A stretch of 64,000 nucleotides of DNA. It comes from Microthyrium microscopicum (lineage: Eukaryota). How positions within the stretch are numbered: the first letter of the stretch is position 1; each line of letters begins with the position of its first letter. The translations under genes were made by a program, and so were the position numbers. The stretch spans positions 372,001-436,000 of the forward strand of contig MU004246.1 in NCBI GenBank assembly GCA_010405405.1, in the 5' to 3' direction. Positions 47,855 through 60,984 of this stretch are shown one piece after another. The notes beneath the pieces are model-generated. The model made no database searches. It was not told the DNA's origin and worked only from the letters and a program-made list of their open reading frames with translations.

Positions 47855-49836
47855 ATGCCTGCCAAAAAGCAAGAGGCCGCGGGGGAGGAGGAGAGCTTTG
47901 GATCGGTGTTTTCCGTTTCAGGTCCGGTTATCGTAGCAGAGAACATGCTGGGTGTTGCTATGTACGAGCTGGTAAGCTGAACCGGTTTTCCGACATTGAA
48001 CATATAATTGACTGGTTTAGTGTCGTGTGGGTCACGATAAGCTTGTCGGTGAAGTGATTCGAATCGATGCCGACAAATGTACAATTCAGGTCTACGAAGA
48101 AACGGGTATGCATACTTTCAAAGCAAGAAAGCAAAATTAATGGCGTCAATTAATATATTCCAGCTGGCGTCTGTGTCGGTGATCCTGTATCTCGATCAGG
48201 AAAACCACTCTCAGTCGAACTCGGTCCAGGTTTAATGGAAACCATTTACGACGGAATTCAACGACCCCTCAAGAAGATTGCCGAGGACTCCAAGTCCATC
48301 TATATTCCTCGTGGTATCAACGTACCGATTCTAGACCGGGTTAAGAAATGGGACTTTACACCTGGAAAACTCAAGGTCGGCGATCACATTACAGGTGGTG
48401 ACGTTTTTGGTACTGTGTTTGAGAACACACTACTCAACGATCACAAGATACTTTTACCACCTAGAGCACGAGGTACCATCACACGAATTGCTGAAAAGGG
48501 GTCATACACTGTCGACACGCCAATACTCGAATTAGAGTTCAATGGCAAGAAAACCGAGTACCCTATGTACCATTCTTGGCCAGTCAGAGTACCACGTCCG
48601 TCTGCTGATAGGCTGAGATCCGATCAACCTCTCATCGTTGGTCAGCGTGTCCTCGATGCCTTGTTCCCGACTGTACAAGGTGGTACTGTCTGCATTCCGG
48701 GCGCATTTGGCTGCGGAAAAACTGTCATTAGTCAAAGTTTGTCAAAGTTTTCCAACTCTGATATCATTGTTTACGTCGGATGTGGCGAGCGCGGTAATGA
48801 GATGGCCGAAGTTCTTATGGACTTCCCAGAAGTACTATGAGCCCTCCCTCACTTGCAGTCTCGTGCTAACTTTCAATAGCTAACTATCGACATTGATGGC
48901 CGTCAAGAGCCCATCATGAAACGTACCACTTTGATCGCCAACACCTCCAACATGCCCGTGGCTGCTCGAGAAGCTTCCATCTACACTGGTATCACTGTTG
49001 CCGAATACTTCCGTGATCAAGGCAAAGATGTTGCAATGATGGCAGACTCTTCTTCCCGCTGGGCCGAAGCTCTTCGTGAAATTTCAGGTCGTCTAGGAGA
49101 AATGCCTGCTGATCAAGGTTTCCCAGCTTACCTGTCTGCCAAACTCGCCTCTTTCTACGAGCGTGCCGGACGCGTAACTGCTCTAGGAAGTCCCGAACGT
49201 CAAGGCTCCGTCAGCATCGTTGGCGCTGTCAGTCCTCCAGGTGGTGACATGTCCGATCCTGTCACCCAGTCTACACTCGGTATCGTGCAAGTTTTCTGGG
49301 GCTTGGACAAGAAACTGGCTCAACGTAAACATTTCCCCTCCGTCAACACTGGTATCAGCTACAGCAAATACGTCACTGCTCTAAATAAATACTACAGCGA
49401 AAACAACCCTGACTTTCCACGCCTCCGTGACCGCATTAAGGAACTTCTCACCACTTCTGAAGACCTCGACCAAGTTGTACAACTCGTTGGAAAATCTGCG
49501 CTCGGCGACTCGGATAAAATTACGCTTGATGTTGCGACGCTCGTCAAGGAGGATTTCTTGCAGCAAAACGGATATTCGGACTATGATCAGTTTTGCCCAT
49601 TGTGGAAGACGGAATGGATGATGCGCGCGCTCATGGCATTCCATGATGAGAGCCAGAAGGCTGTGGCGCAGGGCCAGAGTTGGTCTAAGATTCGCGATGC
49701 TACCAGTGAGATTCAATCTGGCCTCCGCAATATGAAGTTTGAGGTTCCGGGTGATGGGGAGGAGAAGATTACGAAGAAGTATGAGGAGCTTTTGGCGAAG
49801 ATGATGGATAAGTTTGCAAGTGTTGTTGATGAGTAG
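47855..49836 (+). CDS. vma1: V-type H+-ATPase catalytic subunit A
   Basis: [11 protein letters not shown]-loop [37 protein letters not shown]. Introns 47972-48020, 48106-48163, 48832-48879; no intein. Confidence 0.98.
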
Positions 49837-50216
49837 TTGTGCGATTTACCTGCACGTTACTGGACTGTGTATAGGCTCGATAATCTCTTTGGCGGTTGGA
49901 CGGGAGGTATTTAGTGTTTGTGAAATGACTAATTTGATGTTTTTGATATTAATTTTGGGAGATGTCTTGCTGACAGTGACATCTAGTCCATCCGGGTCCC
50001 ATGACCACAACTGGAATACTCTGCTTATTGCTTCCTTAGCAATCGTTTGCTAAGTGCACTCCTGCCCGTCAAGTGCCCGTTCAAATCAAAGACTAATCGA
50101 TTGCTGAAAAAAGATAGACTTGCTCTCTTGGTATAAGATGATGGTACCTACCATAGTTGACGGCATTGTCCGGTTGCTTGAGTAGCAAAATAACAGCGTT
50201 CTTACCGCCGTCGAAT

Positions 50217-51494
50217 ATGTCCTCTTCTCGTACTGTCTCTGGATCATCCAGTAATAGAGTACAACTCGCAGAGCCAGAAGGAGGACCTTTGGTTCTCACC
50301 AACAGCCTCGAAGACCAAATTCGTATCTATGCTGGCCTTGGCCAAGACACCGCAAACCTCATATGCATGCTAGAATGGAACCTTATTGAATACTGTGTCG
50401 ACATTCTTCACCGTGACCAGAATGCTCACATCAAAACGCAGATGACTTATGTAGGAAAACCTACTCTCGCACAACGCATGTCGTTTGAGGCTTATGCGAA
50501 AATGGTCTGGCCAAAATATGGCTTGAAGATACTTGACTGTATTTTCCAATGTGTACGCCTGACCATTAACTGCGAAAAACACGCGCACCCGGATAGTGAT
50601 TCTTCCGATAAAGATGCCAAAATTGCCTCTGAGGGTACGTTCCTTGACATTGACTATCCTTTCGGAACTTCAAGCGGTGAGCTGACTGTTGGTGCTGCTA
50701 AGATCACGAGCGGACGTTCACTTTGAGACATGGGACAGAACAGGGATTAAAGTTCGGGATTACTTGCCATTGCATTGATAGTAAGCGGGCAGAAATTCAG
50801 CTCCAAGGTCTTGCTGCCGATGTCAATACTGCTGTTGAGGTGCTTGCCTGGGTAAGTGTTCCTTCCAGGCTCTTCAATGGGCTGGCTGTGTAGCACCACT
50901 CGTTGCTATAAATCCTCCGTGCCTTTGATATGACTCGCTGACTAGTAACAGGTGGCTGCCAGCTGCAGCAAGCGCTTAACGAGCGACGGCTTGACTGTCG
51001 CAAACGTCAAGATCACCGGCGTCTCTACAGACAAGCATACCTCAGGGGCCTCCCCAGACGACCCATTCCAAGCCAAATGGAGAATCACGGTAGACACAGC
51101 CTTAAGCGTCCATGCTCCCAGAGGATGGTACAATTTGTTCCCCGACGCGGTCCTAGCAGAGCAATTTCGAATCGCCAAAAGAGATGACGGCATGGACGGT
51201 CTCGAAGTAACACCTGGTACTCCTGGCTACCAAGAGCTCATAGAACCCGCCGGACCCGTGTCAGTGGGCCCATATTGGGACTCGTACGTCCATCGAGGCA
51301 AAGTCAAAAGTACCGGTTATCAATACACCTTGCACCCGAGTAGACTGGATTCTAGAGGCTTGCAGTGGCGCGTCCTTCCCTATGACTACCTTATTGTAGT
51401 CGCCGGTGAGACGTTTATCCGTGATAGGCGCGATACCGTGGAGGAGAAAGACATACTTGATGCGAAATTTACCTTTCGCAATTTTTTGTTATGA
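50217..51494 (+). CDS. Hypothetical protein (3 exons)
   Basis: Two GT-AG introns (from ~50635 and ~50852) give a continuous frame containing EVLAWVAASC...WYNLFPDAVLAEQFRIAKR...GLEV. No named family assigned. Confidence 0.55.
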
Positions 51495-51944
51495 TGCAGT
51501 CACTGGAGGCATTGTTGGGTGCGTTCCCAGCGGTGGCGATGGCTTCCACTAACGCTACTGATCAACGATCACTTTGTTTAGAATGTTATTCGATAGCCTC
51601 TCGAGGATTGAGCACTTTCCCCTGCGACTCAACTCCTCGATGATGAAGTGTGGCGGACTAAAGGCACCGTAATGTTTGAGAGCCTTTCATTGGCAAGCCG
51701 AAGGAAATGGTCGCAAAAGAATCATATGATCAAAGATTTCGGTGGACCATAAGAATTGAATCAAGTGGGCATGTCCACAGTGCAAATCATTTTTGAATTA
51801 GGGAATAGAAAAAGACATTAGGGATTTGTTTGCTTTTCAAATCGACCACGACTGTTGCCGGAGCCTCTTCTCCTGGCCTCATCCTATCACCAGCACAACA
51901 ACATCATTGGTTCATTAGCAAGTATTACTGATCATCGAACTTGC

Positions 51945-52908
51945 TCAGCAGCTCAGATCAAACAATGGTCGATCATTCCCATCCAGAATACTGAAATCAG
52001 GATCCGACCCCTGCTCCGAGTATGCGTAGTAGAACACATCAATCTGTGGGAAAGCAGGACAAGCAGTGTTCCTCCAAAAGGCTTGCGCATTTGGAATACT
52101 CGCAGTAGATGCCCCGAAAGACTTGCCAGCAACAGCCCAACCAGTTTCAGTGACCCATATTGGAGTATTTGGCTAACAAATGGTCAGTGACCGGCTGCAC
52201 GTTTCCATCGAATTACAACATACCTTGACATCTCTGACTCTGTTTCGCACAGCATCAACAGCCGCCCAGAACACCCCAGGCGCCTGTTGAATAGTAGCAC
52301 CTTGCCAGTAAGGATATTGATCAGTGCCAATCCAGTCGCAAGCCTTGATCACTTCTGTGTTGGCCGGATCGGTCCTACAATCTCAGCAAATGCATCAACA
52401 TCAGCAAACGATGAACTTACCAAGCATTCCAAGTATCAACATGTCCAACCCAGCTAGTCACGCCCTTTGACCTCAACATGCCTCGCACATCATAGATCTT
52501 GCTCGCAATCGAGCTAGCCGGCACTTCTTTACGGTACAGATCCTCAGATCCTACACTGACGCCAACCATCCAGTCAAGCCAGTTTGGATGAGCGGCGATG
52601 GCGTCGAGCATTGCTTGTTTCTCTCGTCCGTAGTGCGCGTCATCCTGGGTCCAGATGCCGGGGAGGAGTCTGACGCCGGCTTGAAGAGCTGCTGGGACGG
52701 CATTCAGGAGAGTGTTACAGTCGGAGGATGCAAAGAGGCGAGCTACGTTGAATTGCGGTGGGAGAGATTTCATGGTGTTGAAGGCGCGTAAGAAGTCGGC
52801 TTGGGAGCGACAGGCGCCATTCGGAAGGTTGCCTCCAATATTGAGGCCTTTGTACCAGGCTTGGGCAAGGCCGGCGAAGGCTAGAGTTGAAGCGATGGGG
52901 AATTTCAT
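51945..52908 (-). CDS. Secreted GH17 beta-1,3-glucanase (EglC-like, no GPI tail)
   Basis: Signal peptide MKFPIASTLAFAGLAQA; ARLFASSDC, SVGSEDLYR (acid/base), VGHVDTW, YPYWQ, WVTETGW (nucleophile); two introns; ends LFDLSC*. Confidence 0.92.
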
Positions 52909-54028
52909 CTTGGTGCGGCTTCTAGAATAGGTAATCCAGTGCTTGAAATGGGAGTTGGAATATGGCAAGATGATATACTGTAGACAAACCTGAACCTGGT
53001 CACTGATGGGGTAGACCAATTGAAGGTACCCAAAGGAATGAAATTAAACAGGAAGTAGCGATCTAAGTATGGGAAGTCTCTCATAATCAAGTCTGTCGAT
53101 CCTTCCAATCCAACTTTTCTAGGCAATTGTTACTCTCCAAAGAGGAAAGCCCAACCCAATTCTGCGGCACAGTCAATGGTACGAGAAGTCAATATCCGCA
53201 ATCCATGACCTTGAGGTCAACCCCAACGGGTGGACAAAACGAGTAGCGTGCTCCCGCCTGCTTAGATATCCGCCATCGACTGCGCTTTACACTATGTTTT
53301 CCAGGCACCTTGTTCAGATCATCTCGGATTATCGTTTACCATGCATGTCTAGGAATATCTGCTTCATACGTAAACCGTGCCGGCCTTCAAGCATGGCACT
53401 CGTTTAGATCCCATTGCTCTGGAACCTATGACGAGAACACAATATCAGTGCATCTTTACAAGCAAACATACGATGATGGTTCACAAGGCTATAATCAACC
53501 TAGCTTCCGCTCTCGTACCCATGATCCCACGGGTCTACGCAGCTATGTGGAAAACGAGTTTTTAAGACCTGTATCTGTCCACGCGTGGATTTCTTGACAC
53601 GAACTTTGTGATGCATTCCGGCTAAACAAACTTTGCTTTATGACGTCCTGTGGAACGTGAGAGGTATCTCTTGGGGTTAAAGATGAGGGAACGAACGGTC
53701 TGTGCTGAGCCGATATATTGAGGTTGCACAAGCATGGTTGAGAGAACTTTCTCACATATTGATCTTGTATTCTATGTACTCTATATAGCATTCAAGAGAT
53801 AGCTAAGAAAGTCACATGGTACATAATGCTCCCAGTTCAAGCTTAACGCTACTGAAAAGCCCATGTCGACTTGCAGCCACGTTCCGTGCCGTGGCAGGGA
53901 AACAGATAGTACATAGTAGTCGAGACCTGGATCGATGCTTTCTGAGAGCATTCAGCCGTCAAGGAGATTGAGACCTCTATGCTGTGTTGCAGTCCTGTTC
54001 AAAGATTGCTGGTAGAAATAAGACGCAG

Positions 54029-55165
54029 TCATCCCAAAGCCTTTTCAAACTCTGGAAATGTTTGGAACGAATCCTTCACCACCGTCAGAATTTGATCATG
54101 CATCGATTCATCTGCAATGACATTACCCCAGTTTGCGGCCAGTCTTCGTCCGAGGGTCAAATCAATCGCCGTTCCTCTGAGGTCTGTTACTTTGCAGCCT
54201 GCCTCTTCCACAATACAAATACCTCCTGCATGATCCCATATGAAAGAAGCTGGAGCCGATGGTAGTGGAGCCCGAACGCGAAATTGTCCAATATTCAGAG
54301 CAAGAGCAACATAGGTCATCGACGAGCTGTAAATGTTCATAGCCGGCAGCTTCGCTCCCAGTTTTTCGGCGAAATCGTTACGATTCGGGAACCGAGACTT
54401 CTCTGACATCATGCTGTCCAAAAAGATTGCGTCCTGATAAGTGGTTCTTGCTGGCCTTTTACTCACAGGAGTGGCAGGAAGTAGCGATCCCGTCGACATT
54501 GGTCGAGCATAGTTCCCATGTCCTCGCACTCCAGTCACTGTCCATCCAAGACCTTGCGTCGCAATAGCATCTTCGGACACTAATCCAGCATGCCAATCCA
54601 TCTTCGGACATCCAATAATCCCAAGCTGATCAACTCCATCAACCATAAGCGCAACGACAATCGCATACTGTGTACCAGCCAAGAACGTTTTCGTCCCATC
54701 AATCGGATCAATCACCCAAACCCTGCCCCTCGCACTATCATTCGTCTGACCACCAAGATCAATCATTTTACACATTTCCTCCATGCTTTTGGGTCGTCCC
54801 AGTAATTTCTCGCTCTCCTCATCTGCTAGCCGTGTCGAATTAACAAGATCCCAGACCTTTTTCATCAATTTTGAATCGGCGCGCAGGGCATCCGCATTCT
54901 CTTCCCCGATGATGAGATCGTTGGGAAATTCAGTGTGGATTGCGGAGACGAGTAGTGCTTGAGCTCCAAAATCGGCGAGAGATACAGGTGAAGCGTCGGC
55001 TTTTGATAGTTCGCCTTTGTCGACGAATGAGAGGACTTTTTCGGCGAGGATGCGGACTCGCTGGACGGCGAGTTCTACGATAAGCCGTTCCCTCTCGAAT
55101 GGTGCTTTGGTGGGGAAGTTTGATGTCGGCTCAGCCTGGGGCTTTGTCGTTGTGGTATCTCCCAT
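54029..55165 (-). CDS. 3'(2'),5'-bisphosphate nucleotidase-like (HAL2/MET22, inositol monophosphatase superfamily)
   Basis: KADASPVSLADFGAQA, IGEENA, WVIDPIDGTKTF, IWDHAGG, EEAGCKVTDLRG. Confidence 0.9.
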   Translation of the reverse strand: MGDTTTTKPQAEPTSNFPTKAPFERERLIVELAVQRVRILAEKVLSFVDKGELSKADASPVSLADFGAQALLVSAIHTEFPNDLIIGEENADALRADSKLMKKVWDLVNSTRLADEESEKLLGRPKSMEEMCKMIDLGGQTNDSARGRVWVIDPIDGTKTFLAGTQYAIVVALMVDGVDQLGIIGCPKMDWHAGLVSEDAIATQGLGWTVTGVRGHGNYARPMSTGSLLPATPVSKRPARTTYQDAIFLDSMMSEKSRFPNRNDFAEKLGAKLPAMNIYSSSMTYVALALNIGQFRVRAPLPSAPASFIWDHAGGICIVEEAGCKVTDLRGTAIDLTLGRRLAANWGNVIADESMHDQILTVVKDSFQTFPEFEKALG

Positions 55166-55740
55166 CTCGAAAAGTTGTGGAACGATGATAGAGAGTTTGG
55201 TTCTAAGGCGGCAGATGCTGAGATGATTGTCCAGATATCCAAAGGCTTCGACGAGTTTGACGAACGAAATGAGATCAGGATCAGGATTACACGGGTTTTA
55301 TTGGATCAGCTGAGCTATGAGTGTAAGAAGTTGCTTTGTTCAATATGGCAGGAGAAGTTTGTTAGTTTGTGAAGTGCTTGCCCCACCTAAAATAGAAGTT
55401 TGTGTGCATTGCCATGAGGCAAGCATGCCAAAATATTTGACTTTTTCTTGGATGTCTAAGCGAATTGAAGGCTTAGACTAGTTCTTTTATCAGTTACCGT
55501 GTCTGTCATGAAACTCCAAATGCAAGTACAGCCAGTCTTATACAGAAACTCTCTGGTAGCCAACAGATCAGTGGCAGATAAAGCACTCGAAAATATAGCG
55601 TAGCAGATAATAGACATCATACTTGATGGGGATAGCCCCTGGTATACTGGTATGCGCGAGTGTATTCAAACAGTCAATTATTAGCATTAATTCGTTACTT
55701 ATTACAAAATGATATAAACAAGCTCGCTTCTTGCGTGATC

Positions 55741-56880
55741 TCATTCAGATCCAATCGGAGCAAACTGCCTCTTAAGCATATCTGTATGGATTACATCAAA
55801 TAACGATTGCATGATCGAGTTTGTGACGCCTTCTTTCAGAAGCATCCCGTTTGCTCCATGGTGCCGAACAAACACTCCTTGACAATCGGCGCTACTCCCT
55901 TTGATAGCGCTTTCATCGCAAGGAAATTCCACTATGGTATCGGCATATCCATACCGTATGTACTCTGCGAATGCGCCCTTTTCGTTGGGTTCTTGGTTAG
56001 CAAACCTCTTGCATCCCGGATAGTCCTTTTCATCTGGACATTTTTGCCACGCTTCCAGAAGGCCAAATACTTGCTCGATCCTTCGTACAGTGACGAAGTC
56101 GGTGTTTCCAGCTAGCCGGCCTTGAGAGTCCTTGTTGTAGATCTTTTTGGAGGTTCCTTGCTTTGGAGAGCCCAGTGGCATTGCTACGGCAGTATCTTTA
56201 GTGATGTTCCATCTATTCATCAACCATTCATATGGCACATCCAGATATTGAAAGACGTAGTCTGGGTCCAAAGCAACAATGACATCGCAAGAGAACAACG
56301 ACGATGCCATACCAGCCACGCGGCCCCAGGATTCTGCTCTCCCTTCCAGTGGTGAAGTTCGGATGTAGTGATAGGTGTAGCCATGGATCATAGCATAGAG
56401 GTAGTGATTGAAGATTCCAGGGCTCATTCCTCCCATTGCTGAATAGTCTAGTCGGGTCCAACTAAATGCTTCATTTGGATAGTCCAGAGGTTTTGTGTCG
56501 AAATCAATGATGCATAATCTGTGTCCAATGGAATCTTGCCAGGTGGGATTTTCTGATATGCTGTATTGATTGCCATCGTAGTCCCGGAAAAATGGTTCGT
56601 TGACAGGGAGAACATGCGGGGAATATACATCCCGGATAAGGTCCGCCAGAAGGGTTTGTCGAAGAATGACTGGCATTGGACCAAGACTTGTGGCTGATTA
56701 GATACAATCAATTTCAATGGATTGGAATTATGCGTACTTTCTTGATTGTGTCCTTGATTGTGTTATCTTCTCATCATTCGATCTCCATCTCTTGAACCAC
56801 AAAAGTGACAAGATAAACAGGCTAGCTATCGTGAACAAGGTTGCCCTTCGAAAGCTGGCCCGCCCGGATGGTAACATCAT
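55741..56880 (-). CDS. Type II membrane glycosyltransferase, GT34/GMA12-MNN10-like
   Basis: N-terminal TM exon, intron 56687-56737; NHYLYAMIHGYTY, DxD motif (LDPD), EWLMNRWNIT, CQGVFVRHH. Confidence 0.75.
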
Positions 56881-57254
56881 AGCGATGGACAAGGAATGTA
56901 GCGCGGAAGTATGCCCTTCTTCTGCGCCATTTGAGGTTGTCAATTTTGAATAATATGATAACAGAAGATGATAAAAAGCTATGGATAGTCCGCGCGTCGG
57001 TGGCTGGATGATCGAAGGTTGGTACTTGGCCATCGAAGCTAACCCAAAATGGACTGGTGATGCCTTCTTTTTCGACTTCATCCCATCAGCGACGAAGTTA
57101 TCACCACGAGTTCACGACGCAAAGCATCAAAGACAAGGGCACCAACAAGCTTTTTGAAAAGATTTAAGAAGGCCACCAAATGTTCGTTGCATTTGATGGG
57201 ATTTTGACCTCATGATGACTCGCTTATTTCCAGCCTTGAGAACATCTCTCTATC

Positions 57255-57929
57255 TCAACGATATTCGTTGATATGATAATGTACTGCGCCATTCTTTGAG
57301 CGCCATGTACGTACGGATCCGTCGCTGGACTGCCAGAAAGTCCATTGCCGATCCCATCTACCATCTCCATCTCGGTCCTTCTTCGTCTTCGTGACGCCCG
57401 CCTTTCTTTTCAGGTTGTTCTTGATCTTCAGTTTTGGACAACTACGTTTCAGGTGTCCTTTTTCCTTGCAGTAGTAGCAAATCTGGGACTCTGTTTTCGG
57501 GCATTCGCGAGACATATGTCCAAGCTGCTGACAATTCCAACCTTAAATGGTTAGCCAAAAACTCAACTTCTGGATGGTAGAAAAACCTACATTTCATGGG
57601 AGGAGCAGTTGGAGTAGTAGCGGGGAGACCGTGGGTTTCGGGAGCGAGCGGTGGCTCAAGGGTGTTACGGACAGCAAGAGCGTCATTGCTTGCTGGAATC
57701 TGTTCAGGAGGAATGACGGGTTTGTTGTCGGTCTCGGTCTTGATCTGAGCTTCTCAAGAATCAGCATACTGCGACTGTCTACCAGAACGTGCGTAGATGA
57801 GGGCATCATACTTGCTGGAGCATGATTGAGTAACTTCTATTTACTTTCAATCTTGATCCGAGTTTCATCAGGCTCACTTTTGATGACTGAAAGCTCTGGT
57901 GCTTCTGGCTTGCTCTGTGGAACTGTCAT
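57255..57929 (-). CDS. Double CCHC zinc-knuckle protein
   Basis: Spliced model gives KCWNCQQLGHMSREC and ICYYCKEKGHLKRSC plus a basic NLS-like segment; two introns. Confidence 0.7.
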
Positions 57930-58227
57930 GGTGTTATCTCCCAGCGTTGCAAAGCCGCGGACATTCAATGGGATCGGGGCAGGAAATGAAGGTTGAAGGT
58001 TGTGAAAAGCTGGATTTAAATCTTGACTGGGAGTTTTGAGATATCCCTGCGTTGGAGCCTAGACCACCCCGTTTTGGAAAGTGCCGTCCCAAAATGGAAG
58101 CGACGATAGAGTGGGAGAGGCAGGTGCGACCGACGTTTTTCTCGTCGAGATCAAATGGTGAAAACAGCTTCAATTTCTTTCTTGCTCGTATTTCACAACA
58201 CTGGCTATCATCAAGCCGCGACGCTCC

Positions 58228-59574
58228 CTAGTACCCTGAGCCCCAACAATGCTTACCATCTGCCTCCGTCACATCATCGCCGTTTCCATGATACCAAAAC
58301 CAAGCAGAGATAGGTTCGAGCATTGTTTGCTCACGCTCCAAGTCTTCATCTCCAAGCACTACCTCAGCTTCCTCCAATGCTTCCTTGTAGCCCTTTGGCA
58401 TCCCTTTCTTGATACTATGGCCAAAGAGCCCTGCACGCCACTCCGTTGGTCCATCACATGGTGAATCAGCTGAAGTGAACGATCTAATAGTGGTATATGC
58501 GACAGGGAGGCTTGCTGGGTCGATTTTGAGGTACTTGAGTCTATTGGTAACGGCAAGTGTCGGCTCTTCGTTGTCCTCTGCGTCGTCTTCAGCTAGAAGG
58601 GGCAGTCGACGTCCTTTTGAGTCCCAGTACATGAAGGCAGTGATCCAGCCACTGAGAGGAGAACCAGGAGGTTCGCATACCATTCTGGTGCCTTCTGGTT
58701 TCAGCGAATTGCTCAGAATATTGCTCCAGAACTTGCGGATTATCGGGCTGTTTGAGTCCTTCCAAGTTTGTACGAAGCCGGAGAGAACTGGACGTAAATA
58801 TCGTCCATATTCGGCTACTTCTGCTCCAAATTCGACCAGGCGGTCTAGTTTCTGTAGCAGTTTCATCCAATCTTGTTCAGTACCCTTTAGAGTTATGGAG
58901 GGTATTGTGCATAGCGACAGTATGTACTGATTCTTGCTTTCAGTGTTCATACCTCTGATATTCCCAAAGAGTAACGCGTTTGCAGTGGCATTATCGTGAT
59001 TAGTCGTCGTACTAAACCTTCCCGACACCCAATTTGCCAACCAATTCGTTCTATCTTTTGACTTGATAAAAGACTCCATGATTACTGGTCCATAAGTATC
59101 AGTTGACCAACCACCCAGCCAAGCGTCGGTCCTATGTTTGCGCGTCGTGTTGATCATATTCTGAATTTGCGCCAGGTCTGAATGGCTGGAGACGTAGAAG
59201 CCAACTTGGACTAAGATTTGGTGCCATACTTGATCAGGGCGCAGAACTAGATGTTGCTGACGTGCTCCGGCGTCGATGATGACTTCTACCAGGCCATTTT
59301 GTGACCTGTATATCTTGTCAGGTCGGGCGTACCAAGTATTGTTTCCTCTTTGAACTTGGCTGGTGTTTTTGAAGCTATCTGACATGGGCGATCTTGCGGA
59401 ATGGTTGTTTGGTTGTGGTATGCCAGTGAGCAGCTCCCAGCTTGTTTGAACGGGCTTCGTTCCATGACTATCGTATGCCCTAGGAATGCCTGAAGTGAAA
59501 GGAATAACAGTAACAGCATGCGAAGAAGAGCATAAAGATAACCAGGTGAGGATCAATCCTACTAAAAACATCAT
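58228..59574 (-). CDS. DUF4419 family protein with signal peptide
   Basis: NGLV...HLVLRPDQVWHQILVQVGFYV, FSTTT, CTIPSITLKGTEQDW, FWSNI, SGWITAF; hydrophobic N-terminus. Confidence 0.8.
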   Translation of the reverse strand: MMFLVGLILTWLSLCSSSHAVTVIPFTSGIPRAYDSHGTKPVQTSWELLTGIPQPNNHSARSPMSDSFKNTSQVQRGNNTWYARPDKIYRSQNGLVEVIIDAGARQQHLVLRPDQVWHQILVQVGFYVSSHSDLAQIQNMINTTRKHRTDAWLGGWSTDTYGPVIMESFIKSKDRTNWLANWVSGRFSTTTNHDNATANALLFGNIRGMNTESKNQYILSLCTIPSITLKGTEQDWMKLLQKLDRLVEFGAEVAEYGRYLRPVLSGFVQTWKDSNSPIIRKFWSNILSNSLKPEGTRMVCEPPGSPLSGWITAFMYWDSKGRRLPLLAEDDAEDNEEPTLAVTNRLKYLKIDPASLPVAYTTIRSFTSADSPCDGPTEWRAGLFGHSIKKGMPKGYKEALEEAEVVLGDEDLEREQTMLEPISAWFWYHGNGDDVTEADGKHCWGSGY

Positions 59575-60240
59575 GAGAAACCTGATTCTGAATTTCTTGT
59601 CAGAGTTAGAAATGTAGGATAAACCTAGTTCCTGTCATGTACCAAGAATTGTTACGCTAGAGAGTTGTATATGTCCTTATAAACAATCAAAACAGGTTAT
59701 GGGGCCAAATCCTTTCACGATAGTGTCTACCCCGACATTACTTTCGATGCAAGATTCAATACGAAGTCCTTAATAAAAATCCTGGACTTAAAACTGCTGG
59801 ATGGTTCTCACGATAGTAGAGTAACTTTTGAATTCAAATTTACTTGCTTTATACCTGCCCTCGTAATAGAATCCATCCTGGTTCTCGGACCAGCCGTTCA
59901 CTGCTACTACTACTTTGAGCAACTTTGATATACAAATGATTTCGTACCTCATATTGCTGAACCTTTCTCAATGCATTCCTTATACCAACGCTGGATACAG
60001 TACTGATACACCCCGATTTATGTCTTTAAGGTCATTGAAGTTTAATCCTGAGAGTTGCACTTGAAAAGGAATATATTGAGGTTGTTTTTTCATGATTCAG
60101 TGAGCCAAGTAGAGAGATGTTCCTTGAGACCGCGATTTTTGCTGCAAACCTCTCAACATGATAGAGGCTGTGATTCTCACCGCATTCGATGGAAACAAGA
60201 GCACCAAATACTCTCAATGGGAATGGAAGCAGCCGCTTCT

Positions 60241-60984
60241 TTAATCGAGAACATAAAATGCCCCAGGTTCATATCTTTCCCAACCCTCAGACCCAGATCT
60301 GGCAAGGGCCAACATGTTAGGCTCAATCTCAGTTCTCGCAAACTCAAGCATAAGCGGAGACTTGTCAGTCATATAGAAGTTGATGGACTGTATGACACCT
60401 TTTAGACTGTGTTTATTGAGAATCTCCTCCCAACCTTGGGGATTTTCAACACTGATCTTGGGAAATCTGTGTCGATAGCGCATGATTTGTCGCATATAGA
60501 ATTTGACGACAATATCAAATTTGTCCGCATATGGCCACGCCGGCGGGCAGATCTCGAAACAAACGGTGAGATAGCGAAGGGATGGTAGGTTCTTGACGAC
60601 TTCGATGGCGGGAAACTGAATATCTTCACCTTCTCTAAGGTCAGGTGGTGGGTTGTTTTCATTTGCAATGGCTTGAGAAAGTAGTACTCGTTCTATTAGG
60701 CGGCGGTAGGTGTGATCAGTGACGCATTTTGCGTTACATTCGCCCCCTGGGATGAATACGTTTTGAGAATAGAGAACTTTTGACGCTTCAAGATGGATTT
60801 GTCGGTTTGTACGTAGAAGAGCAATGAAGTGACCAATATGCTTCCTATCCTCCCCAGAGTGCTTGCAGCCCAAAGGCAGCGGAAGTTCGCTGACAAGAGT
60901 CAGATTGTACACCATGAAGCGGATTTCGGTAGGCAATCGTAGGAACGGAGAGTAGAGGTCGTTCAGAAGATTTGAATGAGCCAT
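60241..60984 (-). CDS. F-box-like fungal protein
   Basis: SPFLRLPTEIRFMVYNLTL...ALLRTNRQIHLEASKVLYSQNVF. Confidence 0.7.
   Translation of the reverse strand: MAHSNLLNDLYSPFLRLPTEIRFMVYNLTLVSELPLPLGCKHSGEDRKHIGHFIALLRTNRQIHLEASKVLYSQNVFIPGGECNAKCVTDHTYRRLIERVLLSQAIANENNPPPDLREGEDIQFPAIEVVKNLPSLRYLTVCFEICPPAWPYADKFDIVVKFYMRQIMRYRHRFPKISVENPQGWEEILNKHSLKGVIQSINFYMTDKSPLMLEFARTEIEPNMLALARSGSEGWERYEPGAFYVLD

Noticed and set aside
48770..48800. VDE intein insertion site in vma1
   Set aside because: [10 protein letters not shown] is uninterrupted, so there is no intein.
57255..57929. Retrotransposon gag (CCHC knuckles)
   Set aside because: The gene has spliceosomal introns and there is no protease, RT, integrase or LTR nearby; treated as a cellular gene.
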